Shown piece after piece: positions 1 to 10,384 of a stretch of 64,000 nt of DNA. This stretch comes from an uncultured Bacteriovoracaceae bacterium (GTDB lineage: Bacteria > Bdellovibrionota > Bacteriovoracia > Bacteriovoracales > Bacteriovoracaceae). Both the position numbers and the translations under genes were made by a program. How positions within the stretch are numbered: position 1 is the stretch's first letter; every line of letters begins with the position of its first letter. The notes below the pieces were generated by a model. It was given only the letters and a program-made list of their open reading frames with translations, was not told where the DNA came from and made no database searches. Where the stretch lies: positions 1-64,000 of the forward strand of contig CAXGUD010000007.1 in NCBI GenBank assembly GCA_964012805.1, in the 5' to 3' direction.

Positions 1-659
1 AAAGTTTTTAAATTACTGAACATACTTGAAAGTTTGATAAGTCGGCTCTTGAAACAGTCAATGTCCCAACATAAAAATTCTTTCACGTGAAATTCAAACA
101 AAATCAAGCTCTTTTTAGAGTTAAGTATGTCGGCGTGTTTGATTACAAGGGTAAAGAAGAGAAAGTTTTAAGAACAGGAGTTATAAAGTGGCCCCTCATC
201 AATTAGATAAATAACTTTCCTAAATTTTTTAAAGTTTAAAATATAAAAAGGTCCTTCTTATATCTCTTCGGTTTATGACTTGGTGCGTGTCGCTTTTCTG
301 TTGCGCAAAACTCTAAAAAAAATACTCTATAAAAGCGAAAAACAACAGAGAGGTTTGTCACTTTATTTTGATAAAATATCAAATGCTTCTTTTGATATGA
401 CTCAGATTGACATTGATTCTATTATCGGCCCACTTGTTTTTTATATACTGATTTCAGGTATTTAAGAGTTTCCATATCCTAGCTCATTTATTTTTTCTGT
501 TGATTTATTGTTCAGGGCCCTTGGGGCTTATTCTTACAAATTAAACTATTCTTTTGGAGCTTTCCAATTAACTCTCAAAAATTATTCTAGACGCGTTTAA
601 TTTCCTTCTATATAAATATCCCTTGTTAATTTCTAACAACTTAATAAAAGGAGATCTCC

Positions 660-1553
660 ATGAAAAAGGCACTATTGTCTCTTGCTTTTGGTACCCTTTC
701 ATTCTCTGCATTTAGTGTTTGTAATCTTCCAGAAGCGGAAACGACATATGCTAAAAGAGGTGAAGACCGTGCTTACGCTTTAAAGGCTGCGAATATGTAT
801 AGCAACTATGCTAGCTCTATTTCTGGTCTTGAAAAAGCAGAATGTTTGACAAGAAAATCTGAAGCTCTTTATTTCTATGCTCTTAGCTCTAACGCTAAAA
901 GAAAAGAAAAAATGGCACTTTACTGGAATGGTTACGAAGCTGGTCTTGCTGCTGCAAGAATTTTAGGTGACAAGCCTTCTGATGAAAAAAATGCTGTTAA
1001 TCCAAGAATGAGAGGTAATGAGTCAGCTCTAGCTGAAGCAATGTGGGCAGCTGGAATCAACATTGGTAAATGGGGAAAACTTAAAGGACCTTTTTCTGCT
1101 CTAGGTAAGTGGAACAAAATCCTTAAGCCAAGAATCAAAGACATTTACAGACTTGATAAAACTGTTGGTGACTTTGGTGTTCAAAGACTAGCTGGTAAAG
1201 CTCTTCTAGTTCTTGGTGGATCAGTGGATGGAAAAGACGCATTCTATTTCATAAGAGAAGGTTATATGAACACTAAGCATAGCGACAGCATGCTTACAAG
1301 AAACCTTGCTACAACAACTTACTTCTTAGAAGCTCTCGCTAAAAGAGATGATGTTGATACTTTTTGTGACCTCTACGATGAACTTGCAGACGTTATGGAA
1401 AGTGGAAGAAATAATGACGCTGCTCTTGAGCAAAAATTCTTTCTTGACCTTGAAACAGGTAAAAGAAGAGGATTGGCTCCAGATGCAAGACTTGAGTACA
1501 AAGAATTCCTAGGGGAAAAGAAAGTACACAAGCATTACAACAGAGAATGTTAA
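660..1553 (+). CDS. Secreted alpha-helical, TPR-like protein (possibly TatT-like)
   Basis: Signal peptide MKKALLSLAFGTLSFSAFS; Ala/Tyr-rich helical segments; RBS AAGGAG. Confidence 0.55.
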   Translation: MKKALLSLAFGTLSFSAFSVCNLPEAETTYAKRGEDRAYALKAANMYSNYASSISGLEKAECLTRKSEALYFYALSSNAKRKEKMALYWNGYEAGLAAARILGDKPSDEKNAVNPRMRGNESALAEAMWAAGINIGKWGKLKGPFSALGKWNKILKPRIKDIYRLDKTVGDFGVQRLAGKALLVLGGSVDGKDAFYFIREGYMNTKHSDSMLTRNLATTTYFLEALAKRDDVDTFCDLYDELADVMESGRNNDAALEQKFFLDLETGKRRGLAPDARLEYKEFLGEKKVHKHYNREC

Positions 1554-1586
1554 GAAATATCTAACTTTAAGTTTGTTTTCTTAAGG

Positions 1587-1613
1587 AGGGGGATCAAGCA
1601 TCCCCCTTTTTTT
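1587..1613 (+). terminator. Intrinsic terminator-like hairpin between genes 1 and 2
   Basis: AGGGGGAT-caagc-ATCCCCCT followed by a T run, immediately before the GGAGG RBS of the next gene. Confidence 0.75.
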
Positions 1614-1627
1614 GGAGGAATAATAAG

Positions 1628-2881
1628 ATGACCACTAAAAGAATACTTTTATCTTCTCTCTTGCTTGCAAGCCAAGTTGGTTATGCAGGTATGTCGAATA
1701 TGAAGGCTCCAACTGATTTGCCTTCTGCAATGGTAATGCCAAAGGGTGTAAGAAGTTTAAAGCTTCTTCGAGTTTCAGCTGGCCCTACAAAAAATTATGA
1801 TAATGTTGGTGATGAAAAATTTCTAGGTGATGCTATGAAAAAAGAGGTCACCTACTCTGAAATTCTTAAAACGAAAAAAGGAATTGATAAAGCAGGTATC
1901 AAGGGTGCTATGGCCTCTATTTCTGGTCACAACTTAGATACTGTTCTTATGACGACTCAAGGGCAAGTTAATATTAAAGCTGATGTAACTGTTCCTGTTT
2001 TTGTCTGGGGGGTTACTGAAAAGTGGACGCTTGGTTTTGCTCTTCCTATTACAAAACAAAGTACTAATGTGGATACAGGCGTTGAACAAACAAGTGAGCT
2101 TGTTTCCTTGAAAAAATATTTAGCAACTTCAGGTGGAGTTCCTAACACCGCTAATAAACTCGTCAGTGACACTATGAATCCTGTCGCGAAAAGTTTAGCT
2201 GATAAAGGGTTTGCTCCTTTAAAAAATGAAACAACAACTAAAATGGGTGACCTTAAAATTATCAATAAACTTAGAGTTTTTAAAAATGATAAAAATATGG
2301 TGACTCTCGGTGGTGAATTAACTTTACCAACAGGTGAAGAAAGAACTTACGTTAATAAGTTAGTTGATAGTGCTGGTGGCGATGGTCAAACAGACCTAGC
2401 AATTGGTGTTAACCATGACTTTAAAACGATGAAGTACCTCACTCTTTCCTCAGGTCTTAAATACACCGTTCAATTCAAAGACAATTTTGCTGGCAATGTA
2501 CCAGAAAATGGAAGTCCTATCTCTGACCTCATTGACTACAATATGGATAGAGACTTAGGGAATGAATTTGAAGCGGCTGTTGCTGGAACCTTTAATTATA
2601 GAGGAGCTAAGTTAGGTCTTGGCTATTTCTATAAAAATAAAGAGAAGGACGAGTACACTGGATCGAAGTATGATGCTGCTAACTATGAAGAGATGGGTAA
2701 AGACACTGATCAGGTGATGCACTCTCTCCTAGCTAAGGTAGGTTACGATACAATTACTCTTTTTAAAGAAAAGAAATTTCCAATACCTTTGTCTGTTAGT
2801 TTAACTCAGTCATTCGTTCCCAAAGGGAAGAATGTCATTGCTGATGACATGACGACATTTGATTTTTCAATGTTTTTCTAA
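1628..2881 (+). CDS. Putative outer-membrane beta-barrel transporter
   Basis: Signal peptide; GDLKI and LTLPTG motifs; amphipathic strands; C-terminal Phe (FDFSMFF). Confidence 0.6.
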   Translation: MTTKRILLSSLLLASQVGYAGMSNMKAPTDLPSAMVMPKGVRSLKLLRVSAGPTKNYDNVGDEKFLGDAMKKEVTYSEILKTKKGIDKAGIKGAMASISGHNLDTVLMTTQGQVNIKADVTVPVFVWGVTEKWTLGFALPITKQSTNVDTGVEQTSELVSLKKYLATSGGVPNTANKLVSDTMNPVAKSLADKGFAPLKNETTTKMGDLKIINKLRVFKNDKNMVTLGGELTLPTGEERTYVNKLVDSAGGDGQTDLAIGVNHDFKTMKYLTLSSGLKYTVQFKDNFAGNVPENGSPISDLIDYNMDRDLGNEFEAAVAGTFNYRGAKLGLGYFYKNKEKDEYTGSKYDAANYEEMGKDTDQVMHSLLAKVGYDTITLFKEKKFPIPLSVSLTQSFVPKGKNVIADDMTTFDFSMFF

Positions 2882-2902
2882 AAAAAGTAAAAGAGGTAAG
2901 AT

Positions 2903-4291
2903 ATGAAATTTAATCGTTTGTTTTTAGTTATGCTTCTCGCTTTCTCCTGTGGCGGTGAAGTTGAAAATATTAAAGTAAAAAGCAAAATATTGCTTGATAA
3001 GAGCGACTCTGGGAATTCTCCTGTAAGAGGCAATATGAATCTTGATTTCAATGTTAGAGAGATCGTTGCCGTGACTCTTCCTAATGCTGAAGATATTGCA
3101 CCAACTTATGCTGAGGATGACTCTGAAAAACTAAAGAGCTATTTTTCTCATCTTGATGGTTATAAAGATTTTCATCAACCTATTACTAAAGGGATGAGCG
3201 CTGAAGAAAAAGCTGACGAGATTGCCGCTAAGGTTATGGTTCTTGGGAAAGTGAGAGATAGTCTTTGGGAAAAAATGGATGGAGCTAAAAAAGAATTGGC
3301 AGCTCTAGAAAAGGTTCAAGCTGAAATTGCTGAAACTCACAAAGATGAGATCACAAGGCTTAATGCTGATCTACAATGCCATATTGTGAAGAGTTCTTAT
3401 GGAGTCAACGCAAATAAGTGCTACCTTAAGGCGCTTGATGGTAGAAAAACTAGAAGCCCGAAGGCTTTCATTGAAGATACCGAAAAGCCATGTACTTTTA
3501 GATACTCTGATTGGAAAGAGCGTTACGCAGGTTATGAAGCAGACCCTAATATACCTGCAGCTGAGTTAGGACAGTATCAGCTTTCAAGTGAAAAGTATGA
3601 AGCACTTCTAGAAAGTCCTGTTGTGGCTAAATGTGGAACTCTCTCAAGTCAACTAAAAGACCTTGAAGAGAAGATTTCTAAGTGGGATTCACTAAGAGCT
3701 GAGCTTAAAGGTTATGTTGGCTCTTTTCTTGCGGGTATCAACGAAGTAAGTACCCTTTCAAGAGAAAATCAACCAAAGTACTTTTTCTTAGCGGTAACAA
3801 AAACTGATGTGAAAACGGACCTTTGGGGAAATAAACCAAACCCTTATGATCTTGAGTGGAACTCTGAAAATCCAGATAATCTTTGTATTGAAAAGTGTGT
3901 AGAGACTAAAAGTATTGTTGAGTTTGACCTTCAAAATAAGACCTTTGGAAAATTTCAACTAGCTCTTCAAATGAAGGAACAGAATGCTTCTGCAGAAGAT
4001 ACAGAAGGTCTTTTAGATGATGAAAATCCATTAAATGAATATACTATCGTGAGTTCCGGGCAAGGAATGAGTGATGTAAGACTTGAAAAAGTAGGAGAGG
4101 GTGACTTTGACTATGTCCTAAGATTTTCTCTTACAGGTCCTAATTTTAATCTAACGACACATGAGGATGGACTTGAGCTTTCTGTAAGCCCTATTTATGG
4201 AGCGCGTTTTAGTGGAAAAACAGTTGTCCGTTACTTAGATGGGACTGTTAGAAATGGTGTTTTTAGAATTGATCTTGATATAAAAAAGTAA
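2903..4291 (+). CDS. Hypothetical lipoprotein
   Basis: Lipobox LAFSC; coiled-coil-like middle; beta-rich C-terminus. Confidence 0.6.
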   Translation: MKFNRLFLVMLLAFSCGGEVENIKVKSKILLDKSDSGNSPVRGNMNLDFNVREIVAVTLPNAEDIAPTYAEDDSEKLKSYFSHLDGYKDFHQPITKGMSAEEKADEIAAKVMVLGKVRDSLWEKMDGAKKELAALEKVQAEIAETHKDEITRLNADLQCHIVKSSYGVNANKCYLKALDGRKTRSPKAFIEDTEKPCTFRYSDWKERYAGYEADPNIPAAELGQYQLSSEKYEALLESPVVAKCGTLSSQLKDLEEKISKWDSLRAELKGYVGSFLAGINEVSTLSRENQPKYFFLAVTKTDVKTDLWGNKPNPYDLEWNSENPDNLCIEKCVETKSIVEFDLQNKTFGKFQLALQMKEQNASAEDTEGLLDDENPLNEYTIVSSGQGMSDVRLEKVGEGDFDYVLRFSLTGPNFNLTTHEDGLELSVSPIYGARFSGKTVVRYLDGTVRNGVFRIDLDIKK

Positions 4292-4325
4292 TTTCAGTGG
4301 AAAGAATTTTCTGGAGAAATTAGTT

Positions 4326-4356
4326 AAAAAAGGAGGTCTTTGACCTCCTTTTTTTT
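4326..4356. terminator. Bidirectional intrinsic terminator
   Basis: AAAAAAGGAGGTC-ttt-GACCTCCTTTTTTTT between convergent genes. Confidence 0.9.
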
Positions 4357-5089
4357 ACTTTCCTGTGTCGTTAACTTTTTCTGAAACGTATTTAAGAAGA
4401 TAATCTATATTATATTTTTCCTGGTAATCTTTAATTGTAAGATCAATAACTTTTTTGGCCTCTTCAAAGCCATAAGTTTTCGTTATTTCGACTTTGGCTT
4501 TTTTCTTTTGGCCTGGAATTTCCTTGTAGGTCAAAAAATAATGCCTAAGTCTATTAAGAATACTTTCGGGGCAGTCTCCAATGTCCCTCCAGTCACCATA
4601 AAGAGAGTCATCTTTTAAAACAGCAATAATCTTATCATCAACTTCATCGTGATCAATCATTCTAAAGCCACCAATAGGAATCGCAGTCACGATAATGTCT
4701 CCTCTTGGGATGATCTTTTCTGTAAGAACACAAATATCTAGTGCATCACCATCACCGATGAGGTCACTTCTTTTCTCAGCATCATTTGTATATTTAGCTA
4801 AATGGTCGTTGCAGTAGGTTTGAGGAATGAAGCCATAGAGGGCCGGAATGATATTAGAAAACTTTTGTGGGCGGTCGACTCTCAAGTAGCCTGTTATTTT
4901 ATCCATCTCATATTTTACTGAATCAGATGGGACAATTTCTATGAAAGCATTGTACTCATTTTCAGGAGCATTTTCAGAAGCCAGAGGGATTCCATGCCAG
5001 GGATGAGGCTTTAAAACTTTACTCATCAATTCATATAAATAGGTTATTTTCTTTTTATCATTTTCATCAAGCGGCAAAACAGAATCCAT
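4355..5089 (-). CDS. ppa: Inorganic pyrophosphatase (family I)
   Basis: HPWHG, KYEMDK, YGFIPQT, GDGDALDI and DDKIIAV motifs. Confidence 0.95.
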   Translation of the reverse strand: MDSVLPLDENDKKKITYLYELMSKVLKPHPWHGIPLASENAPENEYNAFIEIVPSDSVKYEMDKITGYLRVDRPQKFSNIIPALYGFIPQTYCNDHLAKYTNDAEKRSDLIGDGDALDICVLTEKIIPRGDIIVTAIPIGGFRMIDHDEVDDKIIAVLKDDSLYGDWRDIGDCPESILNRLRHYFLTYKEIPGQKKKAKVEITKTYGFEEAKKVIDLTIKDYQEKYNIDYLLKYVSEKVNDTGK

Positions 5090-5193
5090 TTAAGTTTCCT
5101 ATTAAAAAGGTCAAGTTAAAATGCTAGATCTCTTCACACTATAATGATAAATTTTTTTGAACGGATATCAAGGAAGCAAAAAGTCTAGTTTTC

Positions 5194-6588
5194 TTAGCAC
5201 TCGATAACATTAACTGCTAAACCACCTAGAGAAGTTTCTTTGTACTGCTCTTTCATATCTTCACCAGTTTTCATCATCGTCTTCATTACCTTATCTAGGC
5301 TAACGAAATGTTTACCGTCACCTCTAAGAGCGATTCTGGCAGCATTGATGGCCTTTACAGACGCCATAGCGTTTCTTTCAATACATGGAATTTGAACAAG
5401 GCCTCCAATAGGGTCACACGTTAAACCTAAATTATGTTCCATACCAATTTCAGCAGCATTTTCTACCTGGTCTATTGTTCCTCCCATCACATCAGCTAAT
5501 CCTCCTGCTGCCATTGAGCAAGCAACACCGACTTCGCCCTGACAACCAACCTCGGCACCAGATATAGAGGCATGGAGTTTGTAGAAAATTCCAATGCCCC
5601 CTGCAGCTAAAAGAAACCTTCTGATGCCACTTTGTGACGCATCCTGGTTAAAGTTTGAGTAATAATGAAGGACGGCGGGTATAATTCCAGCAGCTCCGTT
5701 TGTGGGGGCTGTGACGATTTTACCTCCAGCAGCATTCTCTTCATTGACGGCGAGAGCATATAAGTTAACCCAATCCATAATTTCGAGTGGGTCCTTAGAA
5801 GGTCCTTTAAGGGCACTTTTAAATAGTTTTTGGAATAGGTCAGGGGCCCTTCTCTCTACTTTTAGACCACCTGGAAGAATGCCTTTTTGTTTACAGCCCC
5901 GCTGAACAATTTCTTGCATTGTGGCCCAAATGTGGTCTAGCTTTTCAAAAACCTCTTCTTCTGTTCTCCAAACCTTTTCATTTTCTAAAACCATTTGGCT
6001 TAGTGAGTTAATTCCCTCTTGTTTTCCCTTAGAGAGAAATTTTTTTACTGTAGCGTATGGAAAAGGAATTTTTTCTTGGTGATCATCTTTTTGTTGTCCA
6101 CTTTTTTGATGGGCATCTTCTTCTGACAAAATAAAACCACCGCCCGTTGAATAATAAACTTTATGAAAAAGCTCTTTGCCTTCTTTATTAAAAGCCGAGA
6201 AACGCATCCCATTTGAATGGTAGTCTAAAAACTCTTTTCTTTTAAAAAGAAAGTCCGATTTCATATTAAAAAAGATTTTTTTAATACCTAAGACAATAAC
6301 TTCATTTTCATTTGAAGCAAGATCCATGAGACTTGGGATTATATCTGGGTCCACTGTTTCAGGGGATTGACCATTTAGTCCAGCAATGATGGCCTTATGA
6401 GTTCCATGTCCTCTTCCTGTTAAGGCAAGAGAACCAAAGAGTTCAACTTTTAAAGTCATAAGCTCTTCTAAATGTGAATGGCTTTCAAGGAGTTCTACAA
6501 ACTTTTTGGCCGCCCTCATTGGGCCAACTGTATGAGAGCTTGAAGGACCTACGCCAATTGTATAGAGATCAAAAATACTAAGTACCAT
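5194..6588 (-). CDS. sdaA: L-serine ammonia-lyase, Fe-S dependent
   Basis: IGVGPSSSHTVGPM, SISGAEVGCQGEVG, LGLTCDP and PCIERN motifs. Confidence 0.97.
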   Translation of the reverse strand: MVLSIFDLYTIGVGPSSSHTVGPMRAAKKFVELLESHSHLEELMTLKVELFGSLALTGRGHGTHKAIIAGLNGQSPETVDPDIIPSLMDLASNENEVIVLGIKKIFFNMKSDFLFKRKEFLDYHSNGMRFSAFNKEGKELFHKVYYSTGGGFILSEEDAHQKSGQQKDDHQEKIPFPYATVKKFLSKGKQEGINSLSQMVLENEKVWRTEEEVFEKLDHIWATMQEIVQRGCKQKGILPGGLKVERRAPDLFQKLFKSALKGPSKDPLEIMDWVNLYALAVNEENAAGGKIVTAPTNGAAGIIPAVLHYYSNFNQDASQSGIRRFLLAAGGIGIFYKLHASISGAEVGCQGEVGVACSMAAGGLADVMGGTIDQVENAAEIGMEHNLGLTCDPIGGLVQIPCIERNAMASVKAINAARIALRGDGKHFVSLDKVMKTMMKTGEDMKEQYKETSLGGLAVNVIEC

Positions 6589-6838
6589 AAAGCTTCTTCT
6601 TTTCCGGTAATTAAAAACCTATCAAGTTATGATTCAGGGAAAAACTTTTAATACTTCTTGGCTTCATTGTACACCAAGAATTTTTTTGTGATCAAAATGT
6701 GTGGGGTTTAGGTGGCAAAATGGGACTGGTTTCAAGGGCCTTTACGACTATTAAATAAAAAAAAGGAGGAGAGGGTACCTAAATACCCTAAATATGATTG
6801 TTATGACGAGCTTTGTAATAAATTTTATTGATAGTTAA

Positions 6839-6855
6839 TTGGCATGATAACTGCA
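6839..6855 (+). promoter_or_regulatory. Sigma54 (-24/-12) promoter
   Basis: TTGGCATGATAACTGCA with GG at 6841-42 and GC at 6853-54, the canonical spacing; lies upstream of a small ORF. Confidence 0.65.
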
Positions 6856-6895
6856 CGTAATAACTGTACTCATAACGGTGGACAAGGAGAGACCT

Positions 6896-6985
6896 ATGAG
6901 AAGAAAAATTAAGGAATACCTCTCTGCAATTTTTATCATTGCCTTTGGTGTGGTTTTTCTATGTCTTGTTATGAGCCATTCTTAG
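6896..6985 (+). CDS. Small single-TM membrane peptide, 29 aa (MRRKIKEYLSAIFIIAFGVVFLCLVMSHS)
   Basis: RBS AAGGAG at 6884-6889; basic N-terminus plus hydrophobic helix; below the ORF-track cutoff. Confidence 0.6.
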   Translation: MRRKIKEYLSAIFIIAFGVVFLCLVMSHS

Positions 6986-8340
6986 GCCAATTTTTTTAAA
7001 GACTTAATGGCTTTTTCTGATGGGTGGTCTTCTTCAAATCGTTTAATATTTTTTTTAAGGGACATTATATCAAGGTTTTTTGTAAGGATTTCTTGAGCTA
7101 GGTTTTGAGATAGTGAGAAAAGGCAAATGTCGTTACCTTCATCTCCTGCTTTAATAAAATCATGGAAGTTTTTATTAAACTGAGGTCCGTGGTGGTTTTC
7201 GATAAGCACTTTTTCCTTTACTGCATTTGGAAAGATTTTACTAAAAAGTTCTCCAGACTCAAAAGAATGATTGTCAATGAGCTTCTGATAGCTTGGCGAA
7301 AGCTTTTTATATTGTTCAAAGTCTGGATTTGAAATCATAACCAAGTCCTCATCTTCTAGAGATCCATCCATGAAAAGAGCTGCCTTTATAAAATGTTCGA
7401 ATTTATCCTCATGGTAACTGGTGGCCGAATTTTGTAGAAGAAAGCATGATAGATAGCTTGTCATTATAGCAAGTTGGGAAGGTGCATGGGGGTGCTTTAA
7501 AATAAGCAACCTAATCTTTTCGAAGGAATCATTTAGTTTAAAGGTTTTAAGAATTGAAGATGCAAGTTGAGTTGAAAATGATTTTAATTCATTAAAATTA
7601 TGACCAAGGCTAAGGTATTCATGAATAATTTGAACGCCATCCAATTGAAGACAAATGTCATCGTCTAAAACTGCATGAGTTGATTTGAGTTCATTTTCAA
7701 TTTCACGGTAGACTAACTTTATGAATACTTCATATTGTTCTTTTTCAAAATAGACATACTGTAGATTTTTTTCCTTGTACTTTAAAAAAACAGATTCGGA
7801 TTTATAATTTTCTGTATGTCCTAGAATTTTAATTTTATTTTTTTCAAAGAGGTCATTATATTGGAAAAATCTATTGAGGTGAATTTTCTTAAGAGATTGG
7901 CTTTGTTCAACATGACCATGATTTTTAATATATTTGACGGCTTGTACGAGCCCATCTTTTCGAAAAGGTTTAGGAACTACTGGTAAAACCTTTTTATCTT
8001 CAAAAAGTCCATCAAGTTTAGGAAGACTTTTTAATGTATGGGGATCTTCTCCACAAACAAGTATAAAAGGTATATCTGGTGTATTCTTATTCACGTATTG
8101 AAAGACATCACCGCCATCTCCTTTAGGCATATTATAATCACAAATAATAACAGAAATATCTTCATGACTTTTTTTTAAGATATCGATAGCTTCATTTCCA
8201 TTTGTTGCCGTAATAATAGGATTGTCAAATTCACTCTCAACATATAACTCCATGATTTCCAAAGCTGAGTCACTGTCATCAATCATGAGTATTTTTTTTT
8301 GATTTTCTGGACCTTGAGAGTTTTTATTATCTTTGCCCAT
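6982..8340 (-). CDS. Response regulator (REC plus degenerate HD-like helical domain)
   Basis: ILMIDD, CDYNMP and PKPF receiver motifs; IENHHG in the C-terminal part. Confidence 0.75.
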   Translation of the reverse strand: MGKDNKNSQGPENQKKILMIDDSDSALEIMELYVESEFDNPIITATNGNEAIDILKKSHEDISVIICDYNMPKGDGGDVFQYVNKNTPDIPFILVCGEDPHTLKSLPKLDGLFEDKKVLPVVPKPFRKDGLVQAVKYIKNHGHVEQSQSLKKIHLNRFFQYNDLFEKNKIKILGHTENYKSESVFLKYKEKNLQYVYFEKEQYEVFIKLVYREIENELKSTHAVLDDDICLQLDGVQIIHEYLSLGHNFNELKSFSTQLASSILKTFKLNDSFEKIRLLILKHPHAPSQLAIMTSYLSCFLLQNSATSYHEDKFEHFIKAALFMDGSLEDEDLVMISNPDFEQYKKLSPSYQKLIDNHSFESGELFSKIFPNAVKEKVLIENHHGPQFNKNFHDFIKAGDEGNDICLFSLSQNLAQEILTKNLDIMSLKKNIKRFEEDHPSEKAIKSLKKLA

Positions 8341-8399
8341 ATCTTGATATCCTTTTGCGATCTATAAATCTCTAGATAAGAATATCACACAGCTTAATT

Positions 8400-9041
8400 C
8401 TAAGTAAGGAAGATCTCTTCTTCTACTGATGATATGAAGCTTGAGAAAATATCTGACTCTATTTCTATGACTTTTTCCTTTAAGAGGGAAATATCTTTAT
8501 TTTCGTCAATTTTTTCTTCTATTTCTCTAAGATGATTTTCTTCTTCTTTTATTATGAGCTTTAAATTAATTTTGGAATGATTTTTTTCAAGTACTTTTTG
8601 ATATGTTCCATAGAGTGAGTCGGCCCTATTTTCAATAGCATATGTTGTAAGAAGGTAAGCACCATAGTAAAGATTTTCCTTCATTTTAATATTATTTTCT
8701 TTTAAGAGTTTTAGGATTTTAACATCAAGGAGGTAGAGTAGGTTTTTAGCTTTTGTTCCTCCTAAAAAGGACCTTTTTTCATCCGGATCTAGTCCTAATT
8801 TTGATATTTGTTTTTTCATAAAAAAAGCATGCCTGGATTCTTCCCAGGCATGCTGTAAAATTGAAAGAGGAACTTGTCCTTTAAAGATTGATTGGAAATC
8901 AGAAATTTTTCTTGCTCCACAATTCTCTAAATAGCTTAGAGTTAAAAGCCAACGCGAATGAAGTGAATGGTCCTGGACAACAATCTTAAGAATGTCGTCA
9001 AGGTTGAGTTTTACAACAGGGCCAGAAAAAGGGGTTTTCAT
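8400..9041 (-). CDS. bioE: Ferritin-like diiron protein, BioE-like (biotin precursor synthesis)
   Basis: LSYLENCGARKI, EESRH, YAIENRA and EEENH diiron motifs; last gene of a bio operon that has no bioC/bioH/bioW. Confidence 0.65.
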   Translation of the reverse strand: MKTPFSGPVVKLNLDDILKIVVQDHSLHSRWLLTLSYLENCGARKISDFQSIFKGQVPLSILQHAWEESRHAFFMKKQISKLGLDPDEKRSFLGGTKAKNLLYLLDVKILKLLKENNIKMKENLYYGAYLLTTYAIENRADSLYGTYQKVLEKNHSKINLKLIIKEEENHLREIEEKIDENKDISLLKEKVIEIESDIFSSFISSVEEEIFLT

Positions 9042-9082
9042 GTTTTTTCCTATTTCTTAAAGGATCAAATCTTTGAACCAAT

Positions 9083-10384
9083 TTAAAGTGTTTTTAAAAA
9101 ATTATAAGCCGTCTCAAATGTCGCTTTCATTTCCTCTTTGGTAGAAGAATAAGGAGGAACAAAATAAAGAACATTTCCTAATGGCCTGACCAAAATATCC
9201 TGGGTAAGAAATACATCACTTATTTTTTTACTTATTTTATTAAAATAGCCTGATGTTTCTTCAGTTTTTAGCTCAACGGCAGCAATTGTTCCTTGCGTCC
9301 TAACCTCATAAACATTTCGAGAAAGTTCGCTTGAGCCTTGAATGGTATCTTTAAACTCTTGATTAAGAGATTGGAGGTTTTCAATTTGATTTATAGTTTC
9401 AGGCTTTTCAAAAAGCTCGAGATTTGCAAGAGCAGAAGCTGTCCCCAGAGCATTACCAGTATAAGAATGACCATGCAACAGTGCCTTGTTTTTATCTTCT
9501 GAAAGGAAGGCATCGTACAGATCTTGCGTGCAAACAGTTGCCGCGAGAGGAAGAGTTCCACCAGTAAGACCTTTAGCAAGGCAAATGATATGCGGCTTTT
9601 CCTCCATATGTTCAGAGGCAAAAAGTTTTCCGGTTCTTCCAAACCCTGTCATAACTTCATCAGCAATACAAAGGATGCCCTTCTCTTTACAAAGTTTGAT
9701 TAATTTATTTAACTCAGATGGATCATGGACTAGCATTCCGCCAGCTCCCTGAATCACCGGTTCATAGATAAAAGCAGCTATGTCATCATGGTCTTCAAGG
9801 ACCTTTTCAAGGTCTGCAAAACTTTTACCAAATGTTTCGGGGTGTTCTTTAAGAGGAGGTTGAATAAATTCTGCTTGGAAGAGTTGAGAAAGAAATGGAG
9901 TCTTTTGAGCATTTAGGCCAGAGACACTCATCGCTCCAAAGGTTTCTCCATGATAACCCTTTTTAAAGGCAACCACTCTTTTTTTAGGTTTACCTTGATT
10001 GTAAAAGTATTGAAAGGCCATCTTTAAAGCAGTTTCAACTGCTGTTGAGCCATTATCAGAATAAAAAACCTTTTTATAATTGTCCGGAAGTTTTGAAAGA
10101 AGCTTTTGAGCTAATTCAATCGCTTTTTCATGAGTGTGGCCTGCCAATAAAATTTGCTCAAAATGATTCATTTGTTCCTTGATTTTTGTTTGAATATAAG
10201 GGTTGCAATGGCCATGAAGGTTAACCCACCAGGAAGAAATAGCATCAAATATTTTTCTCCCATCTTTTGTATAGAGGTATGAACCTTCAGCTTTATTAAT
10301 TAAGAGAGGTACTTGCTCTAGCTTTTCCTGAGTGTAAGGATGCCAGATTAGTTCTTTGTCTAGATCAATGTAAGATTTCGTCAT
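9083..10384 (-). CDS. bioA: DAPA aminotransferase
   Basis: IWHPYTQ, DAISSWW, DEVMTGFGRTG and AKGLTGG motifs; start moved to MTKSY (RBS AAGGAG). Confidence 0.96.
   Translation of the reverse strand: MTKSYIDLDKELIWHPYTQEKLEQVPLLINKAEGSYLYTKDGRKIFDAISSWWVNLHGHCNPYIQTKIKEQMNHFEQILLAGHTHEKAIELAQKLLSKLPDNYKKVFYSDNGSTAVETALKMAFQYFYNQGKPKKRVVAFKKGYHGETFGAMSVSGLNAQKTPFLSQLFQAEFIQPPLKEHPETFGKSFADLEKVLEDHDDIAAFIYEPVIQGAGGMLVHDPSELNKLIKLCKEKGILCIADEVMTGFGRTGKLFASEHMEEKPHIICLAKGLTGGTLPLAATVCTQDLYDAFLSEDKNKALLHGHSYTGNALGTASALANLELFEKPETINQIENLQSLNQEFKDTIQGSSELSRNVYEVRTQGTIAAVELKTEETSGYFNKISKKISDVFLTQDILVRPLGNVLYFVPPYSSTKEEMKATFETAYNFLKTL

Noticed and set aside
422..429. GCCGATAA sigma28 -10 box on the minus strand
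   Set aside because: No matching -35 element at the right spacing and no supported downstream gene in the window.
280..465. 61-aa ORF
   Set aside because: TTG start, no RBS, AT-rich intergenic character and no motif.
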